A stretch of 64,000 nucleotides of DNA from an uncultured virus (IMG/VR IMGVR_UViG_3300030333_003802) (lineage: Duplodnaviria > Heunggongvirae > Uroviricota > Caudoviricetes): the IMG/VR virus record IMGVR_UViG_3300030333_003802, positions 1-64,000 of that record. The stretch is one strand, 5' to 3'. A program made the position numbers and the translations under genes. Positions 18,890 through 27,900 of the stretch are shown here, one piece after another. The first letter of the stretch is position 1. The number at the start of each line of letters is the position of its first letter. The notes beneath the pieces were generated by a model that saw nothing but the letters and a program-made list of their open reading frames with translations, was not told where the DNA came from and made no database searches.

Positions 18890-19159
18890 TAAAAACATTT
18901 TTGCGTGTGCTAGATTACCCATCGTAATATTTTATTAGAGCTAGATTACCCAATGCTAAATTGCCCATTGCTATTATTTTTATAAATGCCAGATTAAACA
19001 TCGCAAAATTTTGACTATTCCCACCCGCCCAGCCCTCTAAAATATGGAATTTTGAGGACAAAGTCAAGCAAATTCGTCTATTTTTTAAAGATTTTTGTAA
19101 GTCTTGATATTGTTGAACTTAGAGCAAACCGACCAGTCGGTTTATTCCTATTTTTAGAC

Positions 19160-19197
19160 AAAAAAAAGCCGACTAAAGTTAATTAGCCGACTTTTTT
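19160..19197 (-). terminator. Intrinsic terminator of the minus-strand cassette
   Basis: On minus strand AGTCGGCTAA/TTAGTCGGCT stem (G:U pairs) followed by T-run. Confidence 0.7.
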
Positions 19198-19214
19198 CTT
19201 TTGAGATAATATAA

Positions 19215-19601
19215 TTAGCTCATTATCTCAACCTTGTGAGCAACTTGAGGCGTTCCAAAAGTCGCTTCTTTACCTCTTTTTTCTAATTGTAGCCCTGATT
19301 TACCAATTTCTTTATTTAAGTCTGAAATTGCTTTATCAACCGCCTTTACTAAAGTCTTTAATGTTGGATTAAAGTCTTTAATAGATTTCCAATTATCAAA
19401 GCGCTCACCGACTACAAGATGATTTTTGTCATAACCTTCAACTAATTGAGCAAGTAATAACTCATTACCATCAGCAATTTCCTCAAATTGTTCAACCATT
19501 GCGTCGCGTTGTTGCTTTGAAACTCTTTTCATTTGTCTACGACTTACTGATAATGTTTTTGGTTTACTATTATCATTTATTTTTTCAACTTTACTACTCA
19601 T
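19215..19601 (-). CDS. Hypothetical protein (inverted cassette in early region)
   Basis: RBS GAGAGG, own terminator. Confidence 0.65.
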   Translation of the reverse strand: MSSKVEKINDNSKPKTLSVSRRQMKRVSKQQRDAMVEQFEEIADGNELLLAQLVEGYDKNHLVVGERFDNWKSIKDFNPTLKTLVKAVDKAISDLNKEIGKSGLQLEKRGKEATFGTPQVAHKVEIMS

Positions 19602-19602
19602 T

Positions 19603-19812
19603 TTAATACCTCTCTTTTATTATTGTTTTTATTGTATTATCATCATCTACAAAGTCTTCACCAACTACCAACCTATGAATATCGGCGGTATTTAATGCGT
19701 CTTGTAAATTAGATTTCATTTTTCTATGTTTCTCAGAAGACTTACGACTTTCGTCTTGCATATCATTAAAAGCCGATAATTTTGCTTCTGAATTTTCTTT
19801 AATTTCTAACAT
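19603..19812 (-). CDS. Hypothetical protein
   Basis: Upstream promoter TTGGAA-N17-TAATTT at 19849-19877. Confidence 0.6.
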   Translation of the reverse strand: MLEIKENSEAKLSAFNDMQDESRKSSEKHRKMKSNLQDALNTADIHRLVVGEDFVDDDNTIKTIIKERY

Positions 19813-20058
19813 TTGTCTAATTCCTATATTTGTTAATATTATACTGATAAATTAGGGGTAAAAGTGATTTATTCCAAATACTTTCGGCGATATTTTGAAA
19901 ATAGTTTAGTCGGTAAAAAATATTTAAGTAATGCTAGATTAAACAGTGCCGTCGGAAAACTTTGGTTGTGTCGGAAAAAGACTTGACACCGTGCTATAAT
20001 ATTTTATTACTGCTAGATTAACCGCCGTCGGAAAACTGGACATTTGTCGGAATAGTGC

Positions 20059-20087
20059 TTGTTCGTCATCACATTCATTAGTAAATT
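20059..20087 (+). promoter_or_regulatory. Early promoter
   Basis: TTGTTC-N17-TAAATT, then GCGAC-GCAA-GTCGC leader hairpin (20125-20138). Confidence 0.5.
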
Positions 20088-20153
20088 ATACCTCAAATTG
20101 AAGTAGATTTAAGAAACAAGAGACGCGACGCAAGTCGCTTGAAAGGACAAAAA

Positions 20154-20585
20154 ATGGAAACAACGACTTATTTAAAAACTTGTCGCTGTGAAGCCTGTGG
20201 ACAATGGACTAAAAAAGAAGTAGAGATAGAATGCCTTCCGACTGGAACTGAAGTATCAGTCATTCCTAATTATGAGGACGGAAAGTATGAAATCACTATT
20301 GAGTGGATAGATAGGGACATTATACAGAGTTTTGACGCTGACAATTATGCAGACATAAGGTATTTGATACAAGATGTTGCTTTTAGATTACATAATCATC
20401 ATAAAGCATTAGTCGTAAACCTTATTAATAGCGAATATAACACACACAGACGCGTGAACAGCGTCAGTCTGTCAAACTTCTTAGACAAACAGGCAGACGC
20501 AGTCTTAAAGATAGATAAACTCTTAAAGAAATATAAGAGACAAGACAATCACGCGACTAAACTAATGATGAGAGGAGGCATATAA
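20154..20585 (+). CDS. Early hypothetical protein with N-terminal Cys cluster
   Basis: CRCEACG; AAAGGA RBS. Confidence 0.65.
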   Translation: METTTYLKTCRCEACGQWTKKEVEIECLPTGTEVSVIPNYEDGKYEITIEWIDRDIIQSFDADNYADIRYLIQDVAFRLHNHHKALVVNLINSEYNTHRRVNSVSLSNFLDKQADAVLKIDKLLKKYKRQDNHATKLMMRGGI

Positions 20586-20681
20586 TATGTGCGACAAATG
20601 TTCAGATAAAAAGAAAAAAGCATTATTAGCAAAAAAGGCTATTTATATATCTAAAGTAAACAATAGACAATAGGAGGTTAT

Positions 20682-20780
20682 ATGTTTTTAGAAGCAATGC
20701 AAGTCGTATTAGGAGTATTCGTCGGAATACTATTAATCCTAATGGTAGTTGCAATAATAATGAATAAGTTAGAAAGGTAA
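20682..20780 (+). CDS. 32-aa single-TM peptide (not in ORF track)
   Basis: AGGAGG RBS; MFLEAMQVVLGVFVGILLILMVVAIIMNKLER. Confidence 0.65.
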   Translation: MFLEAMQVVLGVFVGILLILMVVAIIMNKLER

Positions 20781-20813
20781 TAATATAGGTTTTTAAGCCG
20801 CGATTTTTATATA

Positions 20814-20887
20814 GCGACGCCCACCTACACATTAGACCATAGTCCTTAATCCTTTCGGGACTTGTAGGTATAGACAAGAGGCGTCGC
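20814..20887 (+). ncRNA. Candidate structured RNA
   Basis: Nested stems GCGACGCC/GGCGTCGC, ACCTACA/TGTAGGT, AGTCC/GGACT in intergenic DNA. Confidence 0.5.
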
Positions 20888-21028
20888 AAAGAATTATTTG
20901 ATATGTGAAGTAGAGCAAGGCTCTGCGACTGAAGTAGACACCTACTCTTGAAGCATATTGTATATAATGGGAAGTCTCACCTGACGAGGCATTAGATATT
21001 TGACAATTAAATAAATAAGGAGACTAAT

Positions 21029-22111
21029 ATGTGTGGAATATATGGTTTAGCGAAAAGTCCGACGACTTACACCAAGCGACAATTCAAAACTGTCAAAAAG
21101 GTATTAAGAGAAATTGCAGTAGATAGTGAGACTAGAGGTGCTCACTCGTCTGGAATTGCACAAGTCGGAAACAAAACTAAAATACATAAATCACTACTTC
21201 CGTCTTCCAAATTCGTGGACAGCAAAGGTTATATAGAAGCAGTTAAATCTTTAAAAGATGGAAACTATATTCTATTAGGACACACACGATTTGCGACAGA
21301 AGGTGCTATTGTAAAGAATAATGCTCACCCATTTAGAGTTGGCGATACTATCGGCGCTCATAATGGTTGTGTCTATAATATTGAGGAAATGCAGACAAAG
21401 TTAGATAAACAATGTCCAGTAGATAGTCAATTAATATTCAAGGCAATAGACGATAATGATAACATAGACGAAGCAGTTAAACATTTTGACAGCGATTTTG
21501 CATTGTCATTTGTTAAGACAAATCCTATGGTATTACACCTATGTCGTGAGGACAATCGTCCTTTGTATGTAGCATATGTCCCAAGTTTGCTAACTCTATT
21601 TTATGCAAGCGAAGCGACTTTTATTGAGAATGCTTTGATTGCGTGTAATTTAGACGCAGAGATATATTCATTAAATAAGAATACTTTATATTCTTATGAT
21701 GTATCTAAGTTTAGCGACTTACAGACAAATGTAGAAAAAAGCGACTTTGAATACGAAAGTAGAGAATATAATTTCAGTATCAATAATTATTCTTCCAACG
21801 ACGAATTTGACGATTGGAATAGTTATAATTATAGTTATGGGAATTATCGTCCTCTATATGACACTTCACATCTTTACGACACAAATGGAAACCTAATTGA
21901 TAGTGAACTTGAAGCCGAAAAACAAGAGCTTTTGACTTGTTATGGCGGAAATCCTAACAACTGGTTTTTTGACGAAATGGAAGGTATGTGGAGTTATCTT
22001 GATGAATATACTGGACAAATTTGGACAGAAACCCAACTTATAAATGGGAATTTTCAACAAGAAATTGACTTTGAAGAGGAGACAGACAATGCCCAACCAA
22101 TACGAAACTGA
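21029..22111 (+). CDS. Class II (Ntn) glutamine amidotransferase with acidic C-terminal tail
   Basis: MCGIYG N-terminal nucleophile, RG.HSSG, GHTRFAT, NAHPF, HNG, DS, YASE. Confidence 0.92.
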   Translation: MCGIYGLAKSPTTYTKRQFKTVKKVLREIAVDSETRGAHSSGIAQVGNKTKIHKSLLPSSKFVDSKGYIEAVKSLKDGNYILLGHTRFATEGAIVKNNAHPFRVGDTIGAHNGCVYNIEEMQTKLDKQCPVDSQLIFKAIDDNDNIDEAVKHFDSDFALSFVKTNPMVLHLCREDNRPLYVAYVPSLLTLFYASEATFIENALIACNLDAEIYSLNKNTLYSYDVSKFSDLQTNVEKSDFEYESREYNFSINNYSSNDEFDDWNSYNYSYGNYRPLYDTSHLYDTNGNLIDSELEAEKQELLTCYGGNPNNWFFDEMEGMWSYLDEYTGQIWTETQLINGNFQQEIDFEEETDNAQPIRN

Positions 22112-23639
22112 AACGACGCACGAGAATGCCCAGAATACAATACTATTGCAATGCGATGATTGTGGAAACGAAGTCCGCGAGGACGACTTAACTGGCACAG
22201 ACGACGGAAATGAAGTCTGTGAGGACTGTTATGATAACAATTATTCCGAGTGTTATGGTTGTAGTGGTGTTATGGTTCACGACGATATGCATTACTATAA
22301 TGGTGATTATTATTGTGAAGACTGTTTTTACGATAATTGTTTTCATTGTGCAAGTTGTGGAGAACCAGAGCATTTAGACTATTCTCGCTACGACGACCAT
22401 AGTGGAGATACTTACTGCGAAGGTTGTTATGAAGAATATGGTGGTGAGGAATACGACTGGAATGTCTTTTCAAATGAATATGTTCAAGTAAACGACGATT
22501 TTGCTTCTCCGACTAAAAACCTATACAAAAGCGATACTTACGACTTAATCCCAAGTCGCAGATATCAAGGTATAGAGGTTGAGGCAAATCATAATGGAGA
22601 CTATTCACGAGACAATATTGCAAGAGCTATTGCAGAGAGAATAGACGATACAAGGTTGGAACAGATGTTTGACGAAGTTAGTCAAGCAGAGTTTCCCGAC
22701 TGGTATAAGATAAGTGGCATTCAAGTAGTAAGTGATGGAAGTATAACAGGTGGCGACGATGGTTATGGTTATGAATATGTAATGACACCGCGTCGCGGAG
22801 ACCAACTATATACTGATATGTGTTTACTTACAGACACACTTGTAGACTATGGACATTACATTAGTAGAAAGTGTGGCTATCACTTACACATTGATATTAG
22901 AGACTACGACTATTATCACTTAACCTGTCTTATGGCTATGGTTAAGTTAATAGAACCTCATATATACTCTTGGGTTCCGCAATCCCGACTTACTGGGAAT
23001 TGGTGTCGTCCGATATCTCAAAACTGGTATGACTTTAATGGCATATACGACAGAGATGATTTCATTGAGATTTATTACGACAATGGTAATAAATTTAGAT
23101 ATGAAAAATATCACGACAAAAGGTATCACGGTTTTAACCTACACTCTCACTTTGGGAGCAATCAAGGTTTAGAACTGAGATATCACGGCGGGACACTCAA
23201 TCCGACTAAAATGTTGCATTGGAGTATTCTTTGGGGACAGATAGTAGATAAATGTTATGAACTTGGAAATGAACTCAAGACACAAGTTGATAGACGAAAT
23301 TTCTTTAAGGACATAACATTTGACAAGAGATATGGCGACGAGACGAAAGGGTTTAGAAATCCGACTATGGACATACAAAACCTTTTTGAGACTTTTGACA
23401 TACCTCAAACAACGAAAGACTACTATGGAATGCGACAAAAGGAGATAGAAAATAATCCGAATACTTCTCCGACGCATTTCGTTGATTGTTTTTCAAAGAC
23501 TTCACATATTGTGGAGTTTGACAAAGCGACAATGAGTTTCAATACAGTCAAAAAACTACCTCACAGGGTAGGGAGATATGGGACTTTACAGGAACTCACA
23601 TACGACGATATAAGCAGTCATTTTGAGATTGCCTCGTAG
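22089..23639 (+). CDS. Putative amidoligase (COOH-NH2 ligase, glutamine synthetase-like) with N-terminal CxxC repeats
   Basis: GIEVE, SDGSI, EYV, CGYHLHI, RYHGFN, LELRYHGGTLN; six CxxC pairs at N-terminus. Confidence 0.85.
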   Translation: MPNQYETETTHENAQNTILLQCDDCGNEVREDDLTGTDDGNEVCEDCYDNNYSECYGCSGVMVHDDMHYYNGDYYCEDCFYDNCFHCASCGEPEHLDYSRYDDHSGDTYCEGCYEEYGGEEYDWNVFSNEYVQVNDDFASPTKNLYKSDTYDLIPSRRYQGIEVEANHNGDYSRDNIARAIAERIDDTRLEQMFDEVSQAEFPDWYKISGIQVVSDGSITGGDDGYGYEYVMTPRRGDQLYTDMCLLTDTLVDYGHYISRKCGYHLHIDIRDYDYYHLTCLMAMVKLIEPHIYSWVPQSRLTGNWCRPISQNWYDFNGIYDRDDFIEIYYDNGNKFRYEKYHDKRYHGFNLHSHFGSNQGLELRYHGGTLNPTKMLHWSILWGQIVDKCYELGNELKTQVDRRNFFKDITFDKRYGDETKGFRNPTMDIQNLFETFDIPQTTKDYYGMRQKEIENNPNTSPTHFVDCFSKTSHIVEFDKATMSFNTVKKLPHRVGRYGTLQELTYDDISSHFEIAS

Positions 23640-23650
23640 TATGGACATAA

Positions 23651-23682
23651 GACTGGTGGCGACTGAAAAGTTGCCATCAGTC
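23651..23682 (+). other. 14-bp GAAA-loop hairpin after amidoligase
   Basis: GACTGGTGGCGACT-GAAA-AGTTGCCATCAGTC, followed by A-run rather than T-run. Confidence 0.65.
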
Positions 23683-23692
23683 AAAAAAAGAT

Positions 23693-23721
23693 TTGGAATT
23701 TATCACATTTAATGCTAAATT
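23693..23721 (+). promoter_or_regulatory. Early promoter
   Basis: TTGGAA-N17-TAAATT with TGn. Confidence 0.55.
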
Positions 23722-23770
23722 CTTAGTGTTAAATTATGCTATATTAATAAAGAGAAGGAGCGACTAAAAA

Positions 23771-23944
23771 ATGCTAAATGATAATATAGAAAACAATGCG
23801 ACTGAAGAACAAGAAATGACTATTGAGGAGCAAGAAATTATGGAAGAGTATTTAAGAGAAAAGAATTTAGACTATGCTATAGACAATATGACTAATGATT
23901 TAGTCTATATAGAAGAGATAGGAGAGTGGGTTAATGAAGACTAA
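23771..23944 (+). CDS. 57-aa very acidic protein (not in ORF track)
   Basis: AAGGAG RBS; about 19 D/E versus 2 K/R. Confidence 0.65.
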   Translation: MLNDNIENNATEEQEMTIEEQEIMEEYLREKNLDYAIDNMTNDLVYIEEIGEWVNED

Positions 23945-25408
23945 AAAAGTAAAAGACGAAATAAAAGCAATAATACAAGAATTGGAAAAAGACTATGAAA
24001 TGGACTATGCTGAAATGTATGATTGCTATTTAAGAAATGATATGACAATAGACTATCATATAGGAGTTAGTTATGTTGAAGGTATGTATAGAACATTGCG
24101 ACTAATGGAGGAAAAAAATGAGACAAGTTAAATATATCAAAAAAAACTATGAACTGAAATATGTAAAGCAAGACTTGGCAAACTTTTTAGAATTTTATTT
24201 AAGTCAAGCTATGTCGCTAGAACAAATGGACGACTGGGCAAAAAGACTACAGAAAAAATGGAACTTCAAAAGTGAGGAGTTAGATGGGAAGGAATAGACG
24301 AAAGTTTGGTAAAGAAAAATCAAAAGTTAGAAGACGAATTATTAAACAATTAGGAAAGATGAAGAGGAAAGAAAAATAATGATAGACGATGTTAGAGATG
24401 AAATGCATAGAGCATTTGAAATAGTAGACAAAACAACTATAGACGATATGCTTGTTTGTGGATACTGCGGTATTGAAGAGGAGTATATGGAAGATTGCGA
24501 CGAGGAAGTTATTACTTACTTTGAATTTCAAGAAAGAGTAGCAGAAGAGACTATGGGCAATAAAGATGAATATCATAGAATATTAGACGGAGGTAGATGT
24601 TAAATGAAAATGTATAATATATATTTAAAAAGGAATGTAGACTTAAATGCTTATGACGACGAATATATGGCAACAACAAATAAACCTAATAAGTTTATAG
24701 ACAATTTTAATGATGATAGAGATAGGGAGGACAGACTACCTTATTCAGAGTTTGTAGTGAAAGAAATAAATGCTATTATATACGACGAGGAGACTGAAAA
24801 TGAAAGTAGATAAAACTTGGAGTATAAAACACGAAGGACATTTAAATAAAAATAATATTATATTCACCGACAAAATGAGAAGACTAATACTGGACTTAGA
24901 GAGAGTTAATAACAATCTAGGATACTATGTGCTTAACGAGGAGGACGAATGGATAAAGATAAAGAAGCGATAAAGTTACAGACGCAAATAATAAATGCGA
25001 CTGCTAAATTATATGAGTTAGGATTTAGAATAGAGACTAAATACATAAAAGGAGCAGGTTGGGCAAGTGAAATAGTCAATAGAAACACAGGAGAAAATTA
25101 TGAGCAACATAAGTAAAGGTTATGAGCAATTTAAAAAAGTAGACGCAGAATTGGACAAACTATTGCTATATATAGAAAAATTAGAGGAAGAGTATGCAAA
25201 AGCGGTAAGCGGATTTGCTATAGGCGAAAAAAGGAATAAAGGTATGCCTATGCAAGTCTTAAAAACATCAGAAGTTGTTGCAGGTTTGATGAAATTGGGA
25301 GATATATTAGACAAGATTGAAATGGGAGAGGAAGAGAATAGATATTATACAAATGTAATATGGTATGCTATAGATATAATAACAATAGAGAAGGAAACAA
25401 TAAAATAA
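23934..25408 (+). other. Run of small overlapping early ORFs (23934-24131, 24379-24603, 24604-24813, 25100-25408 and several <70 aa)
   Basis: GGAG RBSs, overlapping start/stop codons; no recognisable families. Confidence 0.6.
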
Positions 25409-25424
25409 ATTTTTAAAGTTTTTC

Positions 25425-25454
25425 TTGCTTTAAATAAAGTAATTATGCTATATT
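25425..25454 (+). promoter_or_regulatory. Promoter of the replication operon, probably leaderless transcript
   Basis: TTGCTT-N18-TATATT with TGn; ATG 5 nt downstream. Confidence 0.55.
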
Positions 25455-25459
25455 TAGAT

Positions 25460-25651
25460 ATGAACAAAGATATTACAAAAATACAAACATCTTTTATTAT
25501 GGACAAAGAACTTTGGTTGAAGTTTAAGGCTAAATCATTGTCGGAAGGTTCATCTATAAAAGAAAAACTAAATGTCTTAATATTGGACTATGTTAATAAT
25601 AAGGAGAAAAAGAATGCCAGCAGTTGGTTTCGTCTATCCCGATGGACTTAA
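25460..25651 (+). CDS. Ribbon-helix-helix DNA-binding protein
   Basis: IQTSFIMDKELWLKFKAKSLSEGSSIKEKLNVLILDYV fits beta-alpha-alpha Arc/CopG pattern. Confidence 0.65.
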   Translation: MNKDITKIQTSFIMDKELWLKFKAKSLSEGSSIKEKLNVLILDYVNNKEKKNASSWFRLSRWT

Positions 25652-26495
25652 AGTTTCTTTTGAAGAAATAAGGGAAGGAAATGTAGACATAGAGAAGATG
25701 GGTATGACTTTACCTACTTTGATAGAAATGTCAAGGGAAAGGGACCCAAATAGAAAACCGTCTACAACAGAGTTGCTAGTCGGAACTTGTGAAGCTTACT
25801 TAAAGAGGACAAAAGAGTATTATGTTAATCCTCAAGAGAGAGCATTTTCATTAGCAGGGACTATGCATCACGCGAGATTAGAACAACATAGCGACGATAG
25901 ACACCTATTAGAAGAACAATTAGAAGGCTTTGATATTACTGGTATAGTCGATTTATACGATAAAGAGAATAAATCATTAATAGACTATAAAAATACTGGT
26001 TCTTATAAGTGTTCTCAATTATTAGGTATGACATACAATAGAATTCCAGACCCGTCTGGTGCTAAATATAAATCTAGTGGGAAGTGGGGAAAAAAAGGTT
26101 CCCCAAAGATGATAAAACAATGGTATCGCGACGAGGGTTTAGCAGATTTTGGAGATTGGGGTTGGCAATTAAATTGGTATAGATATCTCTTGGAAAAGAA
26201 GGGATATGAAGTAGATAAGATGTATATACAAGTTACTTTAAGAGATGGAGGACTTGCTGTATCAAGAGATAGAGGGCTTGATAGACATATATATTTAATA
26301 AATGTTCCTAAATACGACGATGAGGTTATAGAATTTAAGTTTTTACAAGCGAGAGATGAATTAGTCAAAGCATTAGAAACTGACAACTTACCTCAAAAAT
26401 GTAGCGACGAACAAACTTGGAACGGACGTAAATGTGAATCTTTTTGCGAAGTAAGACATTTATGTCCATATAACAATGGGAGTATAAATGGTTAA
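25614..26495 (+). CDS. PD-(D/E)XK exonuclease, Cas4/RecB-like
   Basis: GTMHH, ITGIVDLY, IDYKNTG, QLNWY, C-terminal C..C.....CP. Confidence 0.85.
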   Translation: MPAVGFVYPDGLKVSFEEIREGNVDIEKMGMTLPTLIEMSRERDPNRKPSTTELLVGTCEAYLKRTKEYYVNPQERAFSLAGTMHHARLEQHSDDRHLLEEQLEGFDITGIVDLYDKENKSLIDYKNTGSYKCSQLLGMTYNRIPDPSGAKYKSSGKWGKKGSPKMIKQWYRDEGLADFGDWGWQLNWYRYLLEKKGYEVDKMYIQVTLRDGGLAVSRDRGLDRHIYLINVPKYDDEVIEFKFLQARDELVKALETDNLPQKCSDEQTWNGRKCESFCEVRHLCPYNNGSING

Positions 26496-27117
26496 AAAAG
26501 AAGAACCTCAATATCCTTCGGCAGAAGAGATGTTGGATATGCAAATAACAGCAGAAATGAATGCTAATATTTGCGACAAACACCAATGGGTTTCAGAACA
26601 ACCTACTCCTCAAGACGTAGTTAAAAGCAGAAATGGTTTTGATTATGTAGACGAAGGATATATGCGTTGGAGATTAAACCAACATTATCCTATTTGGTCT
26701 TGGGAAGTAGTTAAATATGAGACTCTTGGAGATAAAGCTATAGTGGTTCACGGACGTCTAAAGGTTATAGACGAAGGTGTTCCTCGTAGTTTTGACGCAG
26801 TTGCGGCGCATAGAATAGCTCAAGCTAGAAGTGGTTCAGGATATGTAGACTTAGGTAATGACTTAAAAGCTGCAAATTCAGACGCTTTTAAAGTAGCTGT
26901 AAATAGACTATGTAATGTAGCAGATGATGTATATAGAAAACAATATGTAGACAAGTCTCTTAACAAGGAACAGTCTGATTATTTATATCTATGTATGTCT
27001 CAAATGGATACTGGCGAAGCGAAGAAAGTCGAAGCTGCTTTAGTATCTGGTAAGATAAATAAAGACAATTATGATAAAGTAATTGATAAACTAAAAAAGG
27101 GAGTTAAAGATGAGTAA
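26488..27117 (+). CDS. Rad52/Sak-like single-strand annealing protein
   Basis: FDYVD..RLN..WSWEV..DLKAANSDAFKVA. Confidence 0.8.
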   Translation: MVKKEEPQYPSAEEMLDMQITAEMNANICDKHQWVSEQPTPQDVVKSRNGFDYVDEGYMRWRLNQHYPIWSWEVVKYETLGDKAIVVHGRLKVIDEGVPRSFDAVAAHRIAQARSGSGYVDLGNDLKAANSDAFKVAVNRLCNVADDVYRKQYVDKSLNKEQSDYLYLCMSQMDTGEAKKVEAALVSGKINKDNYDKVIDKLKKGVKDE

Positions 27118-27667
27118 TGTTACTGATGTATTGAACGACATAGATAATGACGTGGCTTATTACAATCCTTCAGAAGATACTACTGGAGCAGAGAAGAAGT
27201 TATTGCCTGAAGGAACATATGAAGCAAATGTTCATAAGTTAACAGTAAAAAATAACATTATAGTTAAAAATCAATATCTTAGTGATATATATGAGGCTAT
27301 ATATGTTATAGACGGAACGAAGCATCCAGAATTTGCTAATAAGCAAGTTAAATCAAAAGGATACTTTAGATTTAAGAAGCCCGACGAAAAGAAATATCCT
27401 AACCTTAAAGATAATCAAGGTAATAATAAAGGATATATGATATTCACAGAGGCTTGTGGCTTTGAGATGCAGAAAGACGAACAAGGAAGATATCTTCTTC
27501 CAGTAGTTATGGAGTCTGATATTGCTGGAAACCCAGTAAACATCAAAGTTGTTCACGATAAGTGGACTAACTCAGAAGGAGAGCAAAGAGTTACTCCTTT
27601 GGCAGTTAATGTATTTAAATCTAAAGAGAGAGTAAAACCACTAAATGACGAGGAGTTACCATTTTAA
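27110..27667 (+). CDS. Probable single-stranded DNA-binding protein
   Basis: LLPEGTYEA; acidic DEELPF C-terminus; next to annealase. Confidence 0.7.
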   Translation: MSNVTDVLNDIDNDVAYYNPSEDTTGAEKKLLPEGTYEANVHKLTVKNNIIVKNQYLSDIYEAIYVIDGTKHPEFANKQVKSKGYFRFKKPDEKKYPNLKDNQGNNKGYMIFTEACGFEMQKDEQGRYLLPVVMESDIAGNPVNIKVVHDKWTNSEGEQRVTPLAVNVFKSKERVKPLNDEELPF

Positions 27668-27900
27668 TGGACTACTTAATCAAATTAGATGAAGAGCAAT
27701 TAATGGCTTTAATTGAGATGATAGAAAAGAATAGATGTGAAGGCGAAGAGGAAGTATGTTCTCAAGTTAGAACATCTATCAAATCTCAGTTTCAGTCGCA
27801 GTATAAAGAAAAGGAACAAATTGTTTCAGTCGATTCCGAGGATGTCTTGGAAAGAGCTAAACAGACTATGGGTCCTAATTACTGTGACAACTGTGATTAA
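27667..27900 (+). CDS. Hypothetical protein
   Basis: Translationally coupled; ends CDNCD. Confidence 0.6.
   Translation: MDYLIKLDEEQLMALIEMIEKNRCEGEEEVCSQVRTSIKSQFQSQYKEKEQIVSVDSEDVLERAKQTMGPNYCDNCD

Noticed and set aside
19983..20000. TTGACA and TATAAT as one canonical promoter
   Set aside because: Only 6 bp apart; at most an extended -10 (TGCTATAAT)
20981..20988. CTGACGAG as a hammerhead ribozyme core
   Set aside because: No correctly placed GAAA or stems II/III found
25614..26495. Cas4-like gene as part of a CRISPR-Cas system
   Set aside because: No other cas genes or array; sits with annealase and SSB as a recombination nuclease
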